Assembly (NCBI GenBank): GCA_036172245.1
Contig: JAYWIR010000022.1
Coordinates: 310,001-374,000 of the forward strand
Length of the DNA: 64,000 bases
Source: Raillietiella orientalis
Taxonomy: Eukaryota
Reading direction: 5' to 3'
A program made the translations under genes and the position numbers. Position 1 is the stretch's first letter, and each line of letters opens with the position of its first letter. Under the pieces are notes generated by a model, which did not search any database, had not been told where the DNA came from, and saw only the letters and a list, made by a program, of their open reading frames with translations. This document shows, one piece after another, positions 1 to 11,250 of the stretch.

Positions 1-520
1 ATAGATGGCGTCCCTGTCGTGCTGGCCTCTGGCGTTGCTCCATGCAGCCATGGTCCTGCCGCGTAGGCAACAGAGTGCTGCTAGGGATGCGGAGGGCGTG
101 AGGACGTCACTCAGGAAGAGGCGCTTTAAAACGTCTCTGACATTGCCGCCGGGGGTTCCAAGGTTCGCGGCAAAGAGTTCCCCCAGGGACTGGAGAGCAA
201 CACAGTCTGCTAGGAGGTGCAGGAGGGATTCCTGCTCCCCGCATCTTGCACAGTTTGGGTCCCTCCCTCCTTCCTGTGTCCAGTGATGCCGGGGGGCATT
301 GCACGGGAGGCTCCAGTGCAGCAGCATCAATACCGACTCCTGCCACTTTAAGGGGAGAGTGAGGATGTTGATGAGCACCGGGGGTTACTGCAGGTCTTTC
401 TCCGGAATACCCAGTAGCACCTTCCAGCGCAAAAGTCCACGAGGTCGAGCACTCGGGGTCGCAGCTCACAGCTGCGACCCCGAGTCCCCTCTCCCAGTCC
501 TTCTCTTCTTACGGAGATTT
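1..520 (-). mobile_element. Decayed L1/Tx1-like non-LTR retrotransposon, ORF2 C-terminal zinc-knuckle region (local family B); runs off the window edge
   Basis: Minus strand reads, across frameshifts, LPLKWQESVLMLLHWSLPCNA..HHW....PNCARCGEQESLLHLLADC..RDVLKRLFLSD, a CxxC-x7-H-x4-C knuckle typical of L1-clade ORF2. It is the reverse complement homologue of 22430-22800. Confidence 0.8.
451..485. repeat. Perfect inverted repeat, 16-bp arms and 3-nt loop
   Basis: actcggggtcgcagct-cac-agctgcgaccccgagt; arms 451-466 and 470-485 are exact reverse complements. Confidence 0.97.
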
Positions 521-559
521 GTACAGTAACCTCCCATCTAGTCGTAAGGCTGCTGTCCA

Positions 560-1510
560 TGTGCTCCTTAAGGGGGGGTAGAGAGGCGGTGAGGGAAGTT
601 CTGCTTGCCCATGCACTCTTCGCGGGATCTTCCAGGATCTCCCGGAGCGTGCAGCAGTTGTTGCGCGCGTACAGGAAACGTCGCTCTGTTCCGCGCTTGG
701 CTCCTGGATCCTCGTTCACGTGCGAACGGTTTCCTGCAACCAGACACTACCACTCGCGGGTGCAGCACTGGTGGAAGCCGGGTGTCCCCGTTGAGTGGCT
801 GGAATTGGAAGTTGATCTTCCAGGAATCAAGGAGCCGGTTCCACTTCCGGGTTCCTCCTCTGTCGTGAAAATGAAGCCGCATCCCCCCTCCCTTAGGGGT
901 GTAACCCGCTATCTCGTACCATGGAACCGGTTGATTGATGCCGCCTCCTCAGAGTGTAAAAAGAGCGCCCCTCAGGAAAATTTGAGAGCGCCCCGCCGGA
1001 GTTTCCTCAAGAGGAGAAATTCCAGGAACGCACCCTTTCCTGGGATGGGTTAACCCTCTCTGAGTTGAACACCTGCGAGGGAGAGGAAACCGTCGGAAGG
1101 TCTCTCCGAGAGTCTGGAGGCGTCCGAGGAACCTGTGCGGCACCTGACCTCCACTCAGCAGGCTCCTTCCCCCCCCCCCCCTTCCTTCACGGAAGCACCC
1201 TCGAACTTTTTTCAGAGTGGATACTAAATACCCTCGAAATGCGCACGTCTTCAGCAGCGCGCCTCTCTGGTTCGGAGATGAAACGAAGAGCAGCACTTAC
1301 AAACCTAGGAAGGTGGGAGGCTGTCAGGAGAGAACGAGGAAGTGGGGAACCTCTTCGGTGTTTACTTTCGGGAGTCAGAGGAACCACCAGAACCTTCATG
1401 GATCCACGGGGTGGTCCCTTCGTGGTTCCCTCCCCCTCTAGCTTGAAGAGTCACATGCCCCCTCGGGTGCTGCCGAGGAGCTCCGTGATCCTTACAGATC
1501 ACGAAGCTCC
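560..1510 (+). mobile_element. Decayed L1/Tx1-like ORF2 post-RT segment (local family A)
   Basis: Shares blocks (ccaggaatcaaggag, gagaaattccagga, ggtggtccc...cttgaaga) with 26500-27060 (+) and, inverted, with 21300-21900 and 51200-51800. Confidence 0.65.
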
Positions 1511-1999
1511 CTGACGACCTATGAGTGGCGGGCGGCTCTTCAGCACTCCTTGAGGACCGAAGAAGAAGAAAACCCAGCGCAACTCTTTCGGCCAACGCAC
1601 GTTGCTTCTTTTTCTGGCCGAAGTCCATTCGTGAAGCGGCTAGCCTCTGCGGGGTTTCCCCCCTGCGCGAGGGCGAAACTCCCGCTCCGGGGCGAGGATC
1701 CACGAAGCGGAAAGGTCATCACTGCGGACCCGGATCCGTTAAAGAAGAGAGAGAGAGCGACGTCACCGGAGGTTCCAGGACTCATCCTCTGTGCGCTCCC
1801 GTCGTTCTTCCCCCGACGACGTCTCCGGAGCGAAACTGGATGGTGCTTTCCCTTGAAATGCCCTCGAAATGCCAGTGGGGCAGCCTCAAGGAAGAGTCGC
1901 TTTCGCGAGGAGGTTCCCGGCTTGCAGGCCTTGCGAGGCCATTGGGATGGATCCGGAACCGCTCGGGAGCGAGGAAGACTCGCCGAGTGCTGAGCTTTG

Positions 2000-2400
2000 G
2001 CTCTGCAGACCCCCGGTCGCACGCGACCACGAAAACCCACGGCTACGCCCCATGCAACGAACACCGCTCCCCGAGCAACACGTGCGCCTCTCCGAAAAGG
2101 ATTCACGGGACGAGGGCAGTCGGGATCGCCTGCCTCTCTGGTCTCGGAAGACGCGTACGCGTGGAAACGGGCCTTGCCGTCTCTCCCCACGCGTCCGCCA
2201 AAGGGGATTTCGTCATCTCGGGTCGGAATTTCCATCTTCGCGTGGCATTGCCTTCGGTTTCATCCAAACTGACGAGGAGCAGAGGAGCGGGGCGGCGCCA
2301 CTGGCGCAGCACGCTTTCAAGCCCCGGGCAAGCCGCACTGAGATTTTCTTCTTGGCTGGACCCGTGCGGCCCACCGGTGTGGGGCTCTCAGGATGCCTCG
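2000..2400 (-). mobile_element. Degenerate non-LTR reverse transcriptase fragment (motifs 4-5)
   Basis: Minus strand gives RLARGLK....AAPLL (resembles RGxxQGCPLxPLL) followed by IPFGG....KARFHAYASS (resembles the AYADD region). Frameshifted, catalytic DD lost. Confidence 0.4.
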
Positions 2401-2699
2401 CGACGAGATGTCACCCCCACCGTCCTCCTTGGGAACGGCAAGACGCTGCAGAGCAAAACTGCCCGATTCTCTTGTCTGGTCTCCGAAGGGGCGAGCACCC
2501 ATCGGATGGCGAGCACACCGAAGACCAACACCGGGCCACCTTGCCCACGACGCATTTCTCACAAGGCCAAGGCTGCAGAAGATGTCGGAAACGAAGCAGG
2601 CACCGCCCTGCGAGCGCCACGACATGCTTGCCAGCCAAAAGTCATCAAGAGATGGCTCCTTCTTGGCTGCTCCACACGACCACAGAGCTTCTTGGCTGC

Positions 2700-3290
2700 A
2701 CACAAGTTTCGGTCTCCTGTGATATGGTCTTCTTGTGATGTGGATCGCGTAGGTGCTCCCAGAGTATCGGATGCATAGGGCCAGCATCCGGTGCCTCATC
2801 CTCTCCGAGTGTCCCTTGGGGACTCCAAGATCATGCAGCATCTCTTCATCATCTGGGTCCCAGGCCCCTAGCGAGCCAACGATGAGAGCACGCACCTTGC
2901 GTTGCTCCCCTTTCCTTGCCCAGCTGGAGGGCCACTTTGTATTTCTCCACCATTGTTTCTCTTGGCTCTGCTGAACGCCTCTCTTTCGCTCTCGAACGGG
3001 CGGCATACGTCCACCACTATCATGTGATTGCCTCTCTTTCATATCAGTTCTGGTCGCAGGAGGGAGTCTGCTCCTGGAGCTCTCTGGTCGGTTGACACCA
3101 GAGAAGTCCGCTTCGCTTCATCCCCCGCGAGAATCCTGATCGTTTTCCTGGATTGCATCGTGGCTGGGCAGTGAAGAGGCGATGGTGCCTCTTGCAGCGG
3201 TTGAAGATGAGGCAACGCTTCGCCCATCATCTGACAGGCCAACGCTGTTTCCTCCTGACCCTAGTCCTGATCGGATGAATTTGTAATCTG
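2700..3290 (-). mobile_element. 3' end of an RLE-type non-LTR retrotransposon, NeSL/Utopia-like (CCHC remnant plus restriction-like endonuclease), pseudogenised
   Basis: ORFs 3039-3242 and 2317-3042 give DQRAPGADSLLRPEL and ALIVGSLGAWDPDDEEMLHDLGV...MRHRM...IRYS..TY..HIT, closely matching the Utopia/NeSL C-terminus (LIVGALGSWDP..E..L...G...M....IRWSR.IY..HITG). Confidence 0.85.
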
Positions 3291-4271
3291 GGAACCTCAG
3301 TTACTCTCTGCTTGTGAGGAAGAGGCTTGACTCGCGGTGCATTCCCGACGGCTCGGCTGCAGCCTCTCCCCATCGCTCAACGGTCGCCACGCCCTGCTGA
3401 GGGCCTTCCGAAGTCGTTCCAGAAGCCAGGTTTTCTCTCCTACTCTCCCGAGCAGTCGAGTAAGGATGCTCGGGTTGCGTACGCAAGGTCCCCAGCTTCT
3501 ACCGTGCCGTGGGCAGGCGCATCTCGAGTTTGCCTTGACGGCGTTTCGAAGATGCCAATCCTCTCAACTTCGGCCCTTTGCTCTCTCGGGCGGACGGAAT
3601 GGATGTTTGATCGTCCGGCTGCCGGAGCCACGGACCGACCCTCAGGATCCCTAAAAGCCGATCCAAGGAGACTCCGACCTCTTGCTGACACGAGCGTTGA
3701 CCTTACGAGAGTGATGCTCGGCCGTCCTTCCGTTTCTTGCACGCTCCGAGCCGCACGGAAGGCGCGCGCATTCCTCGTGTGGGCTTCCCGCAGGAAATTC
3801 CGGAACGCGGGGGCGTGGAGCTCTCGGAAGCCGGGGGCGCCTCGCTCGCGGCTAGGGAACCCTCGCGTGTCCACTTGTACGGAAAGTCGGTCACGTGGTT
3901 CCTGTCGGAGGCGTCCTCCTTCGCGAATGGCGTGTTGCCGTGCCCGCCATCTGACAACGGGCAGCGGTTCGGGGCGTGCCGCGGGGGCACGGAACGCTCG
4001 CGCGCGTCCCCACCCACCTGACGCATTGTTGAACGCCGCCCTTGCCCTTTTGCGACCGGCGCCAGCCCTCTGCGTGGAACTCGATGGGAGAGTCGTGAAA
4101 GCGGCAGGCGGGATGGTGCGGCGCGGCCGAGCTCGCACGGCTGATGGCGGCAACAGCAGCATGCGGGCTCCGGAGCTTTGGTTGCAGCGAGTGAAATATC
4201 ATACCAAGTTGCAGCTGTGCAGGAACTACGTAAGACCGTGTCTTCCTCACTTGCCTTTGCCCCCCCGCCCC

Positions 4272-4276
<5 letters not shown>

Positions 4277-4303
<27 letters not shown>

Positions 4304-4584
4304 CTTTTCGGTGCGAAAGGGTGGCAGGGGACGCGCTGCTCAGCGCGCGCGTGGAATCTGTTTACGTCGAGGTGTTGCTTGAGGGAGATCGTGGATCACA
4401 CATGGTGGTGCACATGTGTGTGGTTTGCGTGTGTGTGTGTGTGGTGCCGTGGAAAACGTTTTTCGAAGCGTCGATGCCCTGCCGGAAGAGTTGATCGGAA
4501 AGCGCGCAGGGCGACGACGAGCAGGCGAGACGGGCACTGCGGTCGGCGTGTTGTGCACGCACACAAACACACACACACACACAC
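4277..4584. repeat. Microsatellite cluster: (GT)n at 4277-4303 and ~4415-4443, (CA)n at 4561-4584
   Basis: Directly visible dinucleotide runs. Confidence 0.95.
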
Positions 4585-5433
4585 TCTCTAGGTGCACTTT
4601 TCCGTGTGCAACGGAAATCACACATTGTGCCGTCGCAAGCAGGAACTGAAAGCGTAGGAATGAGTACATTGAAGGGGTCTGAGAGTGCGTTTCCAAAGAA
4701 TGCGAGGACCAAGCGGAACAGGAAACGATGATGGCGGGTAACATGATTGTCCATTGTGGGCTGAGCAAAGATCATCTGTCAGTGATCACGCACTGCCGGT
4801 TTGTTTAAGAAGCAAGAGGAGAAAGTAAGTGAACGAATTGGCCGAGGTGGAGATGATGGAATGCGTGCCCCAACACTCTTTGAAGGGTGAAGGAAAGATG
4901 GTGGATGGGAATGCAGTTTGATACCAAGGAGTGTCTCAATTTCGAAGCATTGGCGAAAGAAAAATTCGTACCACGATAACAGTTCCAGCACGAGTCCCTT
5001 ATCACAAATGAAACGTGTGGAGGATGAGTGCTCCTGACAACTGTAGGCTGGTCCATATTTCCCATGTGCATGAACACAGTGGCTCCTTGTCAGCCGTGGT
5101 GATCCGATGAGCTTTCTGAAACTCATCTGCAAGAGCATTCAGGATTTGTCCTAGCGTGAAGCATAGGAAATAGAATGGAAGGTGTATGTTCTGCATGAGT
5201 GTACCTAAAAAAAAAAAAAATCACCGAATAAAGTGACATGTTTGAGTCAGTTTTAATCATTGTTGGAAGAAATCTGTTCCTCTTGCCAAATGGTTTTCCT
5301 TTTCTGGCGCAAATCTACGAGTGAAAAAGCAGCATAAGAATGTTGTAAATGTTTGCAGTTGATCTCTCAGTTTCTGTTGTACACTTTAATTGATTGGAGG
5401 AAATCTCAATGCATCATGCCTTTATTCTTACAG

Positions 5434-7040
5434 GTATTTGGACGAAGAGAAAAATGCCAGTATGCAGGCCCAGTCACTCAGCATACTTATGTATGTTTAT
5501 CAAGTGCCTTTGTGTCAAGAACTCATTGTGTGATAACTGTTTCAAGGCAGGACATTTTACTGACTGATCTTGGTGTAAGTTAATGATGTGTTTTATTCTC
5601 ACAAGCCAAAGCAGTTTAAGAAATTTTTCGGAAGTATTCTTTCATTTTGGCATATTAATCCAACTTGGATTTTATATAGAGCCTGAATGGTACATGGGTA
5701 GATGGTGAGAAAGTTGAGCCTGATGTAGCTGTTCAACTGAGATTGGGAAGCCAGATTGGGGTAGGTGTACCCAGCACATTGTCTGAGATCAAGTGCTTTC
5801 ATTATATCTATGTAGTCCGGGATCAATCTCAGCTCATCCAGGTAGAAATCCCTTAATCTTGAAAGTACCTTCTTCACTGTTCAGTTTTTCGCTTTAGGAA
5901 AAGGATGCTTGTCCATCTTTTGAAGAAACTGTGCCTGTGGATCTCTTGGATTTGCTAGATGACAGAGAAGTTGCTAGTGAGCAAATTAGACAAATTATGT
6001 TGCAAGAACTTCACAATAGTATTAACTGGGACCTGCATGCTTGGGCTTCTTCTACTGCCCTATCTCAGAATGGAAAAACCACATTGGAAAAAAGATCTCC
6101 CAAGAACAAAGTGCAGTCTCTTGCAGAAGTTGTTGATCTTGTCACTCCTGTAAAGAACTTTCATTCTGGTCATCAACAGGTGACACCTCTTTCTGAGGCT
6201 CAAATGTTGCCAAGGAAAAGGAGTCATGTTCATGCATTTTCATTGTATGCAGATGGTAATGTTCTGTATTTAAATAGTGTTCTGAATATTCTTGATCATG
6301 TAGATAAGTGTGAATTCAAGAAAGGAGAAAAGCAAGTTTCAAATGAAATAAGGATTGTACTGTCAGATGCTCCTGTTAATCAGCACAAGGATCCAGATAT
6401 TTCTGAAGAACATGTAAGCAACAATCCTCTGTTTAAAGTTAAAGGTGCCAAAAGAAGGAACCATCAACTCTTTCCATCAACAATAGGAGATTGCTTGGAG
6501 AGGTATGTGTGGAGTGGAGATCTTTGTAATCAAGTGGATAATTTTGTTTTCAGTAAAGACAATCATTCTGAGTGTGATAATCAAGGTGTAGAGAAATCTT
6601 CTTGTTATGTTGAATGTGTCTCCCATCATTCTTGCCCTGTTGACAAACCACTACCAAAGACAACATTTTGCCTGAAAGAGCCCAAGGATACTGAACATAA
6701 AATGTGTGCAAGAAAAACCAAGATTTCAAACAGTCACAAAGCTTTGCATCCAAAGATGGGAAAATCTCTGCCTCCACTTCCGCACAAATGTAAAAATGTT
6801 AGTCAAGGTCATGATTGTAGTAATGCAGAAAGAGGCTCAGATGTAGAAGATCCCACCCACATACTTGACACAGCCTTTCCAGCAGATGACAGTAGACAGT
6901 GTCGTGCAACCTTCAGGAAATTCCGAAAATCCCGAAAGCTTTGCTCTGAAAACCAATGTGGTAGGACCAGGACGAGCTCCCCGATTAAGGCCCTCAGTCC
7001 TAAGAAGAGAAAACGAGTTCGCATGCCACCTGTGCAGTAG
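5434..7040 (+). CDS. FHA-domain protein (RNF8/TCF19-like FHA plus long low-conservation tail); first exon not resolved
   Basis: Exons 5434-5574, 5680-5841 and 5898-7040 with phase-0 GT-AG introns splice to VFGR...SSAFVSRTHCVI...TDLG|SLNGTWVDGEKVEPDVAVQLRLGSQIGVGVP. This carries the FHA GR, SxxH and NG motifs and joins in frame to the 369-aa ORF at 5931. The 3' end may instead splice at a GT at 6961. Confidence 0.85.
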
Positions 7041-7420
7041 GTCGTAGGGAGAACAACGATTCACCTGGAGAATTCGTTCGTGTCGGAAGGCGAGTGAAAA
7101 CTGTCCTTCTCCCTTGGTCCTCCTGGCCTGTTGTCCCAAAGGAAGTAGGTGGATGAGGGAGCATGATGGGCAGAACCCCTGGAAAATCTAACAGGGCTGG
7201 ATGGAAATAAACTGTCGTTTCTGGTCGTTTCGTGGCGGGTCGCCGTACTTGCGCGATGGATCCGAAGCATGCCAGTAACAGTGTTGCTTACCTGGGTGGC
7301 AGAAGAGTTTCCCTTGAAAACCGAGAGCGCCCTTGAATCCTGCCGCAAGCCTGTGGACCAGTTCCTCTAGTCGTGGTACCAGACCAGGCATCCGCGAGGT
7401 GCTGGCGACAGTGATCACTG
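7000..7420 (-). mobile_element. Decayed RLE-type retrotransposon C-terminal fragment
   Basis: Minus strand gives QACG....RETL and STATRHETT, paralleling CQACGE...STARHETT at ~57600-57735 in the RLE-type element there. Confidence 0.45.
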
Positions 7421-7604
7421 GAGTTGGTGGTGGCGGTGGTGTTTCGAGCCAGTTTCTCTGCGAGAAAAATGGAACCCTTCCCGCCGAACGGTTTTCGCTG
7501 TGTACCTCAGTGCCTCATTGTCCGCATCCATTTTTTCAATATGATAATCTACCGTTCGCAGGATAGAGGCTACCGAAAAGCCGATTTTTTGCTCAGGACA
7601 GCCG

Positions 7605-7895
7605 CTCGAAGCGTGCATGTTCCCTTAGCTGGTGCGATTGGCCCCCTGCGGGAAAGTGGAACGAAAATCATTACCGCGATGTACCTGCTGGCGGGAAAAC
7701 AGGTCGCTTCCAGAACAGCGATTGCAGCGGTATCCTGGGGCGTTGACAGAGTGCTCGTGGTGCGATGTCGGAAGCAACACCAGCAGCAGCCGGAGGGTTT
7801 GCTCCCTCGAGGAACGCCGTGGACAACCTTGCAGTAGGCTATCCACCCTGGCTGCTTGGTCGTGGAGTTCAAGGAACACTTTCCGGCTGCGTTTC
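7605..7895. repeat. Dispersed repeat, copy 1 (copy 2 at ~13265-13450 has an internal deletion)
   Basis: gaagcgtgcatgttcccttagctgg and cgttgacagagtgctcgtggtgcgatgtcggaagcaacaccagcagcagcc...ggacaaccttgcagt recur in the same orientation at 13268-13395. Confidence 0.9.
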
Positions 7896-10205
7896 CTGTT
7901 CCCCCCCTCAGTATGTGTCTTGGGAAGAACGACGTGTTAGGCCACGTCCTTGGCGCTTGAATGGCACGCAGCTGGCGCGAATCAACAGAGGAACACTCGT
8001 GCAGCCCGCGGACCGTCGTACCCATCGTCACAGCTGCAGGGTGAACCCGGAGGCGAGACGACACCGAGAGCGCGTGTACACGTGCGTTACCTCTTCGAGC
8101 CGTCCGCCGCCGCCATTCGGTTTCAGCTGCAACTGCGACGAGTTCCCTCTTCCTGCTCAGACCTCCATTTTTCGACGCTTGCGCGCAGACAGCCTGAACA
8201 CGGGTACTGCGGACTCCTTGATGAAGCAAATTTGTTAGAATGGCTTTCTACCAAAAGGAGTTTATGCGGTTCTCTGGTCCTGAATTTCCTCTTCAAATGG
8301 AATTCTCTCTAGATGAAGTCCTCGCTAAAATCGAAAGTGTTTACCAGTGGTTTTAGGTTTCCACCTTTCGTCCTGGCATCACTTAATCCCCGGTAACGTC
8401 CCATCGCCATAATGGTAGTCAAGAGGGCACTGCTTTTTCATGAAATTTGTGAAACAAAGCATTCTTGCTCCATCTCGGTTATCTTCGCTAGGTCGTGAGG
8501 TTCTTCGTCATCGACAAGAATGGTCCAAAGTGAGGACTCACCAAATGGAGGCGGCGTTTCCGAAACTCTCAAATCACCTGCAAGTGAAGGAAATTCCCAC
8601 TCCCCTTCCTGCCTTCCCCTCGGGAATCTCCGTCCAACTTCCTGCCTTCACGGGAGAAGCTCCCCTGCTCCGGAAAAAGCCCCATCCTGTCTCCTTCCCC
8701 TCCTCTCCCCTCGAAAGACGGGTCAGCATCGCCACAGCATCGTGGAGAATCCAGAGCGCTGCCTCGAGGGCATCGAGGCTGTTCCCTCCCCTCCTGGGAT
8801 TGTTGTATGCACAATGAAGAGTGTCTTCTCACAGGTTGTTGGGATCTGTATGAACTTCACGTCCTTCCACGTGTTTCTTCACTTTTGAGCCCTGTTATTG
8901 CTTCCTTTTCCAAAAGTCGAAATCAAGGTTTGAAAAGCGAACGAATATTTGAAAGGAACCGTCCGTGTGAACTACAAGAATGGAAAGATGGCCTCCATTT
9001 GTCGATCAACAGAAAAGTGCTCCACACTATCGACGCGTTGCATGCACTTCAGTCTTCTGAACTGAAAGTTGCCACAGGGTAATAAAGGCGGCCATTGAGA
9101 AGTGGGGAGGAAGACGCAAGGCGGTTTGGGGAACCATGTCAACCTTGAAAAAATGAATTTCCAAATTAGGAACCCTTTCAGACTCGACCCTCGATTCCCA
9201 ATTCTTTGCAAAGCAAAGGAACGTTTCCCTCAGTCCACATCGACCATCTTTGCAGCAAAGATAAGACAGGTTCTAACTTGCAGCAAGGTAAGTCGGAAAG
9301 GTGCCAATCTCTTAAAAGGTTACTTACCGGGCGGAGGCGGAGGAATTAGTTTGGGACTTAATCATCTGAAAAACTTCAGAAGTTAGGTTGTTCTTGGTTA
9401 CAAAAGTGCGCGCTCTTCCACTTCGTGCCAGTGCGGCTTTTGGCAATGCCTCAGGATGAGCTGGAGAATCTCCCTGCATGCAAGAACACTGCTCCTTATC
9501 AGTTGCGGCAAGCAGTAGCTCTTTTTTTTTTATACTAGAAGTTCCCTCGTAAGAAGCGTCTTGTACTGCAAACGGTGAGGACGAAAAAATCCTTCTCCAC
9601 GCCAGTCCTAGCACCTGATGTCTTCTTTCGGAATGGTAGCAGTGAGCTGGAACCCTCCTGCACTTAAACAGTACCTCCATGGTCCGTTTAAAGGACTTCT
9701 CCCTTCCACCAGGACTTTGCGCGGCTGCGGTAGTCCTCATCCCGTGCTGCTGTTCTCGGCATTGTGGCAGCAGGCCCGCAGAGGGAAAGGTGGGAGCAAC
9801 AGCGAGGCATCGAGCTTCTGGCTGCTGCTATGGTGCAGCGAGCCACCCAGCGGCCTTACGCTGATCCCCAGCCATCAACTTTATGGTGCGCGGACTCGGG
9901 AGAAGATGGACTGGAATACTCGTATCCAGACGATCTTGCTTCCCTGATGTCAATTATTTGTCTATTGATCTTCCTCTTCCCATTGTGCAAACCGTCCTTC
10001 TACCTGAGCGAGCTGTGCTCAAAATAGCGGACTCCTTTCGGGCACACAGTCGGCTTGTTGTGATCGCTTGCCATACCATCATTTTTTGAGTACTCAGCAC
10101 TGCATCTACGAATGGATCCTGGTCGTCGGAATGCAGAAATAGATCTGCAGGCTTCTGCATGCCACTTTTGTAAGAATTCCAATTTCATCACCTGCTCTCT
10201 AGTTG

Positions 10206-11250
10206 AGGTAACTTCACCCAGTGACACCGGGACATTTATTTAGAATAAGTAAACCAGCAAGTTCGGAACAACAGAAACAAAAAAATTAGGTCAAAGGAAG
10301 GGTTCACTGACGCTCGGATTAGTCACGGGTAGTCCGGAGTGGGAGAGGGCAATAAGTAAGTAAATCAAGGTAGGTTGGGGGCAGGGTCTTTCTTTGTGAC
10401 CACTCCTTGCTAAGAACCGGTCCAGAATGCCAGTGACCTCCGAATTGACTCCTTCCTGCATGTGAGACCACCTTATAGCAGTCCTCATATTGACGGCTGC
10501 CATGAGGGTGACCTTTGCTGTGTCCGAAACCCAGTACATGGCGAACTGTGACGATGGCGCGGATGCAAGAGCTCTGAGATCGTTGCAATCATGGCGCCTG
10601 CCAAGAGTTCTCTGCACGTGAAGACTCCCCGCAGCAAGTCCTTGGAAGTATCTTCCGGAAGCTGGAGCTCTGAAGACAGTCTTCGTCCCATTTCTTGGAC
10701 GGAACTGCAGTTTGGAAAAGCAAGTACAGGAACGACGGGGTCTCCCCGCACTTAGAACAGTCCGGTGGAAGTCCCAGTGCAGACACATCAGCATACCCAC
10801 GTCAGGGGAGACACAGAAGTGTCCGTACACAAAGGAGAGACCACGAGTTCCTCGGGGAGGAGGGGAAGGAAGGAAGGCGCACACTCAGCAGTCCTTGCCA
10901 CCGTAGGAGTTCCTTCCCCCTGGAACGAGGCAGTATTCAACAACTTGCTCGCGATCCCTTCTGCTGAGCCGGAAAGGAAGGAAAACAACACGTCGACGAT
11001 CCGAAGCCAATACTCTCTGGAATCTTGCTTCTTGGGCCGGGTCCAAAGTTTGCCTTTAGCCACATCTGCTGAATGCTCAGGAAGCAAGGGTAGCGCGCAT
11101 CCTGGTTCCCGAAAGCTCCTCGTGAAGTGATTCGAAGTACCCGCGAAGAATGGAATCCACCTTCTTAGCAACAGCTCCTCAGCAGGGAAGGACTGCCTTC
11201 CACCTTTACTTTCCCAGCATAGGGTTTGCTCTTGGTCCACAAGCAGCTTT
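10206..11250 (-). mobile_element. Decayed L1/Tx1-like element 3' end including 3' UTR (local family C, related to B)
   Basis: Minus strand gives PDCSKCGETPSFLYLL..NCSSVQEMGRRL...KDLLRGVF, a knuckle homologous to family B. The 3' UTR (10206-10430) matches 30060-30307 and ends in AATAAA plus a stem-loop. Confidence 0.7.

Noticed and set aside
1525..4382. Long ORFs 1525-2778 (417 aa) and 3327-4382 (351 aa) on +
   Set aside because: Arg/Ser/Pro-rich stop-poor frames in GC-rich DNA, partly antisense to TE remnants, with no recognisable domain.
5599..5877. 92-aa minus-strand ORF
   Set aside because: Antisense shadow of the FHA exon 5680-5841.
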